The notes under the pieces are model-generated. The model was not told where the DNA came from. It worked only from the letters and a program-made list of their open reading frames with translations, and did no database searches. The position numbers and the translations under genes are program-made. A stretch of 63,570 bases of DNA, the filler included, from Octopus bimaculoides (taxonomy: Eukaryota): assembly GCF_001194135.2 (NCBI RefSeq). It is 4 parts of 4 records of this genome, joined end to end, with 100 filler letters (N's around TTAATTAATTAA, not from the genome) between each part and the next. Parts side by side here need not be neighbours in the genome. Positions count along the whole stretch, not along the records: positions 54,418 to 61,640 come from NC_068983.1; positions 61,741 to 63,570 come from NW_026373732.1; 2 more parts are not named here. One strand, written 5' to 3'. Positions within the stretch are counted from its first letter, which is position 1, and each line of letters starts with the position of its first letter. Below, one piece after another: positions 54,474 to 63,570 of this stretch.

Positions 54474-54680
54474 AGGCGGCGAGTTAGCAGAATCGTAAGC
54501 ATGCCGGGCACAATACTTGGTAGCACTTTGTATGTTCTGAGTTCAAATTCCGCCGAAGCCGACTTTGCCTTTCGTCCCTTCGAAGTCGATAAAGTAAGTA
54601 CAGTTGAGTCCTGAGGTCGATGTAATCCATTTACCCTTCGCTCCAAAATGACTGACCTTATTCCAAAACTTGAAATCAAT
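54474..54680 (+). mobile_element. SINE family A, CpG-retaining
   Basis: ggcggcgagttagcagaatcgtaagcatgccgggc...ccgccgaagccgac. Confidence 0.85.
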
Positions 54681-55735
54681 ATTAATTATTTCTTGTAAGC
54701 TTGGTTTTCAATCGTTCAGAGTATTTAATGACTCTACAGTTAATCGGGGCTATTATTTTGTTTACGTGATTCAAAGAATGAGAAGAAAGGGTCTTAAATT
54801 TACCAAATAGAATAAATATTAAATTTTTACCCCCAAGTTTTCCCCCACGAGATATCTTGATATAATAGTGACCATCCACTTCATTCGCTGTTGTTGAACG
54901 TATGACAATGTTTTAGTTACAAAATATATCGCAGTTCGGGACATCACGAATGTTCGGTATGTAAATCTGTCTTCTAAACACATTTAGAATGCCATCAGAG
55001 TGGTCTCCCGGAGAAGTATAAATTGATGCGCTTAACTCTATTGCGCCATGTTCCCGATATAGCGGTTATAGCTTAAGCGTCATCTGAATCTGATTCACGT
55101 TAAAATTGTGATAAACAACTCGCGTAGGAAAAGAAGATAAAATGCTAGAAACAGTTAACTGATTACATTGCAGTGTTGCAGTCAAACGTATTTATGACTC
55201 GTTCTTTATGGCATCCCATAGAGCTGTTGCTTACTTTTGTTTTTGATTTAAAACAATAGATTTTGCGATGAAACGAGCATGGTGAACCCAGCACTTTGTT
55301 TGGGGAACAAGCAAGGTCTAGACTCTTTACAATTGAGGAAATTATTCAGGATATCTATTCTTCGGAATGAGAGTGATTCTGACAGTCAAACTGGTGAAAG
55401 TGATGAGGAAAGTAGCGATTCGAGTGAACAAATACGGCAGTCGAGAGAAAGGCCTATTATTGTTATTTTCTTAAATTTTATCTTATTTTACTGTTATTTA
55501 TTTTTTGTGGGGCGGGGAGGGGTGATTCTACCCTTTAAGTTGCCTGCAATCGTTACTCTTGAGCTCTGTGTGCTATTATTTATTTTTTTGCTCAGGAGCC
55601 CAGGTGGAAGATAAAGTTAGACATGTATGATAAGAAAGGCAGAAAACACAATTGCTTTTTTCGAATTGGTTGGAACTTGATTATGTGAGTTGTCCTTTTA
55701 TGTATTGTCTTCATGGTGTCTTTCGTGTCGTGGAG

Positions 55736-55822
55736 CATCCTGATGAGGGGAGTGTCCGGTTCCTTTAAAATATGAAATTCATGTCATATTAACTGACACG
55801 TCTCCGAAACGACCGGTCGATG
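55736..55822 (+). ncRNA. Type I hammerhead ribozyme motif, intact core
   Basis: catc-CTGATGA-gg-ggag...ctcc-GAAA-cgaccg-GTC-gatg. Stem I catc/gatg; long stem II (ggag/ctcc, tgtc/gaca, ggtt/aact, aatatga/tcatatt); GUC cleavage triplet. Confidence 0.75.
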
Positions 55823-56832
55823 AAAATTTTGGATTCATTGAACATTGTCTCTAATTTTAGTATGTCCGTTTAAGGCTGCAAAATGTCTGACTTTGTACTT
55901 ACGACACGCTTTCTGTTCTAAATTGAAATCTCTAGTCCTTACAACGTATCCTATAAACTTATAATTTACTATATTCCATTTCATATTGACGTCTTCTATT
56001 TTAAAATGCCTATGTATTTATAAATGTTTTTATATTTTTTTAAATATCTAAGTGTTTTTAAATATTCTATGTACTTGTATTCTGACCTCTAAATTTTTAT
56101 TCCTCTAGAGTATATCGTGTGAATTTTATAATTCACTATGTTTTATACAATATCGACGTTTTTATATCTTATTATGTGTATATTTTGTACTTATTTTACT
56201 TATATTTTTTTTAAATGCCTATGTATTTATAAATGTTTAAAAATATTTTTAGATATTTGCGGGCTTATAAAAATATGTATATGTCTATATGCTTGTATCT
56301 TATTAGTACTTCTGTTATGTTGAGCTTTATGTCGCTTTATTAATGTCGAAGTAAGAGTACATATATATGGAATATTCTGCTGGATATTAGGTCATGTTCT
56401 TCTAGTTTTCCGCTCGTATTGCCTCCACTCAAATTATAAATTGGAACTTAGCTCAACCTGAGCACTTCGATTCTAGCCTGTATATATTTACCCTTGTATG
56501 AATATAAGATGTCTAGATAATAATTATTTAGTTTAAGCTGTCACAACAACGATCACACTTAAGCTCTTCTTTTTGAAGTGAGAACTCTACGTTTGTGCTC
56601 TTGCTACTGTAATCGCTAATCAACCAGTTACACACACACACCACCACCACCACCATCGACGCTCATCATCCTGTCGTTCATAAACATCACTATAGTTCAT
56701 TTTCAAAAAAAAAATCGTTGTTTTACAATTTACTATTCTTTCCTAATTCACTAAAAATGTAAAAGTACAAATCTTGTTTTTTTTTTTAATTTCCTCGTTT
56801 CAACACACTTTCTCAAAAAAGACTTTGTTTAA

Positions 56833-57098
56833 CCCTTAAATGGCGGACATCATCAATTGATGCTTCAAAAATTTTACATGGATACGGCCAATCATCAAAG
56901 GAAAGTGGATATTTTACAGCAGTTTTCGATAACGAGATTGTAAATTTTATTGTGCGCGAGACTATAAATTATTAGAGTTTTTGTACTTATTTGAAGTGAA
57001 AATAAGAATAAAAATTACTCATAATAACAAGGGATATTTTTTAATTCTTTGTCCGTTTGGCACACGCATTCATGCAACCCGTTCCCACCGTTTAAGGG
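56833..57098. mobile_element. piggyBac-like MITE, 266 bp
   Basis: TIRs cccttaaatggcgg / ccaccgtttaaggg, flanked by TTAA at 56829-32 and 57099-102. Confidence 0.88.
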
Positions 57099-57398
57099 TT
57101 AAAGTTGTCATCAGGATTCGCTTACTTATTTTTGTGTTGCTGAAATAGTGTAGTGAGCACATTTTAAGACAAAATGTAACTATGGTGGGTGTATTTTCAC
57201 ATCGAGGTTAAAATATGTTTACTAAAAATGTAATTGTAACTGCTTACGAATTTAATTTTAAATACACCCCCCATGGTGTCCCTGTTAACTCATAGGCACA
57301 CACATTTTTTCACACCTTTAAATAAGACTGGGCTTAATGTGGTTGCGTTTAAATTATTTGTTAATTAATGTGATACTTTCACAACCAGGAGAAAATAA

Positions 57399-57446
57399 CA
57401 GAATCCTGACGATGGTTTTAACAAAAGTCGAAATAAGTCGACTCTG
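57399..57446 (+). ncRNA. Minimal type I hammerhead ribozyme motif, intact core
   Basis: cagaatc-CTGACGA-tggttttaacaaaagtc-GAAA-taa-GTC-gactctg. Stem I pairs 6 of 7; stem III is very short. Confidence 0.6.
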
Positions 57447-59097
57447 ATTGCTGAGAGCAATGTGTTTAACTTCGGTGGTGAGTGAGCTACGTCACAAGGA
57501 GAGTAAAAATGTTTATTAAACAAATGGTTATAACAAATTTATCTTCCATCAGAACTGAGTCTTATATTTTCTTATCTATGAAGCTGAGTCAATAATTTGT
57601 ATCATATTTGGCTAAATTCTTTTTTTTTTTTAAAGAAAATAAGAAAAGTGTTGTGGTTTTCATCAGCAAAATTTTAGTTCTATAATAAGTTTTATAAAAT
57701 GGATGATATGAGAAGTGGTTTCTAACTTTTCAAGGGTAATTCTATTTGTATTTCTTTTCCTATCTTCTCCAGCGAAAACATTGTTCTAAATGTTAAAATT
57801 CGATTCTATTCATTTGAGTCGTTATCTCCACCCAACACCTGATTTAAAATCACTGTCCAACACTTAGTGTCGTACGCTATTGTAAGCGTTCGAACTAAAC
57901 CTCTGGCCTGAGAATAGAAACAAACGCACTCTTCCTACTGCAGTAACCTTTGAGTTATGGTTTCTTCCTCTCTTCATGTCCACTACTCAGAGCTTCTGCA
58001 AAATTCATGGTTCTGCCATCCATTCAAAGAAAAGCTTATTTCAATTTACATATTCAATCGATTAAACTTCTTTCATTAGAATACAAAGCTTATTAGCTGC
58101 TGGGTTAATACTACGTGAAGATGGTTACGAAACGGCTGTAATCATAGAGAAGTCATACTCCTGAATTTATGCGTGTGTGTGTGTTTGTGTGCATACATAC
58201 ATACATATATATATGTATATATATATATATGTATATATATATGTATATATATGTATATATATATATATCCTTTATAGAAATACAAACACTTTTAATAATG
58301 TATACATATATGCATTTCATATATATTTATCGACCAGTGTATGTGCGTATTTACTCTTGTATGTATGCAAATATGTACGTACGTATTTATTATGTATGTA
58401 CGTATGTATGTTTAAATGCATGTACGTCTGCCAGTTCAGGAACTTCTTTCTATTTCTCTCTGTTCAAGTATTTTACTAAGATCCGCTCTCAGATTACGGC
58501 TACTGTATAGAAATCCTTGGATTTATTTAATCATTGACGCAAATTCAATGTTTTAAATACCGCTAGATTGCCTGTATATTCCAGGTTTTACGTGGCCTGG
58601 ATATAAATTTGATATTATTTATTACCTAGATAAGCGTCACTGTGTGGTAGGACGAGTGCGTTTCAAGTACTTGGTCCTGGGTTCTAGTGCATGGAACAAT
58701 GGGCAATTTCTATTATAGCATCATGCTGACCAAAGCCTTGTGCATAGGTTTGGTAGACGGAGACTGAAAGAGGCCGCTGTATTTATATATATATATATAT
58801 ATATATATCGATCGATAGATCAATAGATAGATAGATAGATGGTTTAGGTACGAATGTTTTTTTTTATTACGGCGCCTTGATTTACAATCCTGTAAATGAT
58901 AATAATAATAATAATAGTTCTATATAAGCTTAAAACTTATGGCGATCACCATGCAATGACTAAGGAAATAGTCTAATAAAGAGGCATATCTTTATAAGAA
59001 GCCCTCGACAGAAAAAAGGCTTTCCTATTCGCGTGGGAATCGAGCCCACATCCCTTATATATACATACATACACCTATATTTATATATATACATCTA

Positions 59098-59169
<72 letters not shown>

Positions 59170-60576
59170 TTTGTAAGCGTGTATCCGCGTGTGCGTGCAT
59201 GTGTGTGTCTGTGACCCACGGCTACTTGACAACTGATTGAATAAATACCAGGCCTTAGAAAAAAATAATAAGTACTTGAGTCGACGAATGCGATTGCAAT
59301 TCTTCCAGGCGGTGCTCCAGCATGGTCGCCATCTAATGAGTGAAACAAGTAGAAGATAAGGATATTTACAAACGTATTAGGAAGCTTTCGGACTATTCAT
59401 GAATAAACCAGATGAAACAAGCGAGTCCTCGGGGGAGAATAAAGAGAATATTTACTGAAATCCATGCCATGAACACATAATCTGGTTTTGACATTTTCAA
59501 GGTACGATCGTACTGGTTGATCACGGGAAGAATATATAATTGCCCTGATTGACTGCTACTTTTTTTGTCATTCGTTTCAGTAAAAGACAAAACGAAAAAA
59601 AATATTCTACCAGTTTGATCACGACAATCTACCACATAGAGACTCTGTTATTGGCTCGTGCTGTTGCTGCAGTTCTTGTTGTTATTGTCATCTAATTAGA
59701 TATTATGAGGAGTCGTATAAACAATGTGAAGATGTTTTGTGTATTGTAGTAATGTAGCCAGTTTATTTCTCATGAATATTAACAGCAAAAGCTCACTTAG
59801 GCATTGAAAGACCCCGGTTGAAAACCACTGGTCAGGTGTAATAATCGTTCATTTACATTGTTTTGAATTTTGCATTATCTTGTAGCTTCGAGATTTTGAA
59901 GATGTCATTGTTTAACTTTAAAATGACATTATATGGTAGGTGTTAAAGGCTCTGCCCAGGTTGAACATAAAACAGAATATTTTGGTGAGTAATGTTTGGT
60001 TTAACCGCTAAACATTTAAGCTACTATCGTAGATTAGTTCCAGCCTTCATTATTTCATATACAGATTTTCAATGACTACATTCTCAGATGTGGCCTTCAT
60101 TTTTAAGATAGAGCTTTCAAGAAAGAGAACGAGCTACCAGTTTAATCATGGCAACCTACCACATAGCGTCTCCGTTATTGACTCGTGCTGCAGCCGTGGT
60201 TCTTGTTATCGCTGTAGTGAGTGGGGAATATTTATCTGTGTAGCAGTGATTGTTCTTATTCGTCTTTGTAAATGACATATAATCGAATTATAAGAACACA
60301 TTAATTAATAGAAACTAAAGGATAATATATTTTTTATATATTTTTTCGAATCGCTTAATTAAATTTATTTACGTTGAATTCAATTTGATTTTTATTTATT
60401 TATATAAATGTATATTTTCTTTATTTTTTATTGACTTCTCTTCAAATCTTTTCGCATTACCAAAATATTCTCTAATTAATTTGATATAAGGAAAATTACC
60501 TAAGAATTTACTCAGAATTACATATGCACCAACACAGAGATACACACTAACTCATAGAGACAGCCACACTTACATA

Positions 60577-60628
<52 letters not shown>

Positions 60629-61597
60629 CAAACACACACACATATATCTACATATATATATATAAATACACATATGTAAGTGAACAAGTGAATGTAATAC
60701 ACACATACTCACGTACATACACATGCGCACGCTCGCACTCACTCTCACACGTATATATTCATATATATATATTTATATATATATATATATATTTATTTAT
60801 ATAGGGTGTATTTTTAAAGCAAGGTTCTACATAAGTTCATTTTTGCTTTTAACTATGCCGGTAAATATACATACATACGTACATACATACATACAAACAT
60901 ATATATATGTGCGTGTGTGAGTTTGAGTTTGTATGTGTGTTTGCGTGTGTGCATGTTCGCGTGTGTGTGTGTGTGTATGTACATGTGAAAGCGTGTGGCT
61001 ATAACTATGTATTTAAGCATGTATGCATGATTAAGTGTCTGTGTATATTTAAATGTATACATAAAAACATTCACGCATATATACATACACGCACACACAT
61101 ACACACACACACACACGCTCACCCACAGGCACACAGAGAGACACAAACGTATATATTTTTTTATGTGGGTGTATGAATATATTTCTCAATGATTTCCATA
61201 CTTGTGTCGGGAATTATGGGTAGGTTCTCATATTCCATCTTAATCACTAATTTGGTTTATAACTTCTTATATATATATATATATATACGTACGATCCTAC
61301 TTACATACATACAGGCATACATACATACAGGCATACATACATAGGTAGGTATTTATGTATTGTTTGGAATATAATCCATCAATATCCTTGTCCGCTTCGT
61401 ATTAATTTTCAGTAATAGTTGTAGATTTGTAAAAAAAAAACTTATAATTTCTGGATTAAATCTATTTTATATTATAATATATACTCGTTCATAATCGCAT
61501 ATAAATATATACATACATAGATGTATGTTTGTGTTTGTGTGAGTGAGTGTATGTGTGCTATATGCATAGCTATCTATCTATCTCTCTATCTATCTAC

Positions 61598-61640
<43 letters not shown>

Positions 61641-61740
61641 NNNNNNNNNNNNNNNNNNNNNNNNNNNNNNNNNNNNNNNNNNNNTTAATTAATTAANNNN
61701 NNNNNNNNNNNNNNNNNNNNNNNNNNNNNNNNNNNNNNNN
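61641..61740. other. Synthetic assembly spacer 44N-TTAATTAATTAA-44N
   Basis: Same format as 31459. Confidence 0.95.
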
Positions 61741-62081
61741 CAGTCCTCAGTCAAACCGTCCAACCCATGCCAGCATGGAAAGCGGACATTTAAACGACAA
61801 CGATGATGATGACGGAGATATATATTTATTTACGCACTTGAAAAACATGAGAGGTTTGTTTTACGCAACGGCATTTAACAACCCAAACATTTCTTTCCCC
61901 GCGTTGCATAACACACTTACTCCAGTTGCCATGACAGTTACTTCCCCACACCTCTATGAATGATGTAGAGACACACCAGATTCTTCTAGCGTACAGGGTT
62001 ACCTGATATGAAAACCACTTCAAGTAGAAAGAGCTTTATGAATGATATATGCGACATACTTCATTCATACCATGACTGAGT

Positions 62082-62410
62082 GGAGGCGCAATGGCCCAGT
62101 GGTTAGGGCAGCGGACTCGTGGTCATAGGATCGCGGTTTCGATTCCCAGACCGGGCGTTGTGAGTGTTTATTGAGCGAAAACACCTAAAAGCTCCACGAG
62201 GCTCCGGCAGGGGATGGTGGCGAACCCTGCTGTACTCTTCCACCACAACTTTCTCTCACTCTTTCTTCCTGTTTCTGTTGTGCCTGTAATTCAAAGGGTC
62301 GGCCTTGTCACACTGTGTCATGCTGAATATCCCCGAGAACTATGTTAAGGGTACACGTGTCTGTGGAGTGCTCAGCCACTTGCACGTTAATTTCACGAGC
62401 AGGCTGTTCC
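62082..62410 (+). mobile_element. SINE family C, tail variant 2, cut by a gap
   Basis: Reverse complement of the 50017 and 53071 copies. Confidence 0.9.
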
Positions 62411-63149
62411 NNNNNNNNNNNNNNNNNNNNNNNNNNNNNNNNNNNNNNNNNNNNNNNNNNNNNNNNNNNNNNNNNNNNNNNNNNNNNNNNNNNNNNNNNN
62501 NNNNNNNNNNNNNNNNNNNNNNNNNNNNNNNNNNNNNNNNNNNNNNNNNNNNNNNNNNNNNNNNNNNNNNNNNNNNNNNNNNNNNNNNNNNNNNNNNNNN
62601 NNNNNNNNNNNNNNNNNNNNNNNNNNNNNNNNNNNNNNNNNNNNNNNNNNNNNNNNNNNNNNNNNNNNNNNNNNNNNNNNNNNNNNNNNNNNNNNNNNNN
62701 NNNNNNNNNNNNNNNNNNNNNNNNNNNNNNNNNNNNNNNNNNNNNNNNNNNNNNNNNNNNNNNNNNNNNNNNNNNNNNNNNNNNNNNNNNNNNNNNNNNN
62801 NNNNNNNCGGTACTGGTGACAGCCAGGCTCGAAATGGTGTATTTTATGTGCCGCCCGCACAAGAGCCAGTCCAGGGGCACTGGCAACGATCTTGCTCGAA
62901 AGTCCTTACACATGCCGCAGGCACAAGTGCCAGAAAGGTGACGCTGAGCACAGGTGCCATCCCAATTTCGCTTTCGCTTGCCCCAGTAAGTCTTCGCAAG
63001 CTGAGTTTCGTGTCCAATGAGGGGAAACAACGTTGGCATGGGTGCTAGTCGTCGAATTTAGTTTGATTTCACTTGCCTCAACAGGTCTTCGCAAGTGGAG
63101 TTTAGTGTCCAATTTAACTCGATTATATATATATATATATATATATATC

Positions 63150-63416
63150 ATGTGATCACATGACTTACCAGGCTATCAGATGTTGTTACACATCACTGGT
63201 CACAGTGCATTTTTTGCATTGTTTTCACCTTCAAATGATGCCACCATATTGGCCAGGCAAGCAGGCCAACAATCCTCCAGATTGAAAGAGGAATTGGAGC
63301 AATGTGAAATGAAGTGTCTTGCTCAAGAACACGACGTGTTGCCCAGTCAGGGAATTGAACCCACAACCTAGCGATCGTGAGCGCGACAGCCTAACCACTA
63401 GGCCATGTGCCCTCAC
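63150..63416 (-). mobile_element. A further tRNA-derived SINE family
   Basis: Minus strand tggcctagtggttagg (A box), ggttcaattccc (B box), gtgttcttgagcaagacactt. Confidence 0.7.
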
Positions 63417-63570
63417 CATCATCGTCATTTAATGTCCATTTTCCACGCTAGTATGGGTAAGACAGCTCGGCTGGAACTGGTAAGCAGCAAAACTGCACCA
63501 GGTTCCAGTCAGATTTGGCTAGTGTGTGTGCATGCGCGCATATATGTGTGTGTGTGTGTGTGTGTGTGTT

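Noticed and set aside
55270-55460. Acidic ORF segment resembling a piggyBac transposase N-terminus
   Set aside because: Low-complexity similarity only, with a stop and no catalytic region.
59020-59056. tRNA T-arm-like fragment on the minus strand followed by a T run
   Set aside because: No 5' half or cloverleaf; at best a SINE or tRNA relic.

Overview
AT-rich, repeat-dense animal genomic DNA from a gapped draft assembly. The SINE/LINE families resemble those I recall from Octopus genomes, so the species is an inference. Three synthetic 100-bp spacers (44N-TTAATTAATTAA-44N) split the window into four joined pieces. Most ORF-track entries are microsatellite or N-gap artefacts. The one host gene is the 3' end of a + strand MyTH4-FERM protein, probably an unconventional myosin tail. 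It has 10 coding exons from 32359 to 53790, all with GT-AG introns and consistent phases, giving 349 aa to the stop; no upstream exons were found. The rest is transposon-derived: Penelope-like elements (PLEs), R4/Dong and RTE LINE remnants, a Tc1 fragment, a solo LTR, hAT and piggyBac MITEs with target-site duplications (TSDs), and several tRNA-derived SINE families. The most interesting non-annotated signal is a set of sequence-divergent type I hammerhead ribozyme motifs. Two have intact catalytic cores (55736-55822, 57399-57446) and others are degenerate (95-146, 40322-40383, 41798-41858, possibly ~27941-27985). Other signals are long fold-back structures inside the myosin pre-mRNA, a CpG-decay footprint suggesting gene-body methylation, and a duplicated candidate signal-peptide exon near 59.6-60.2 kb.
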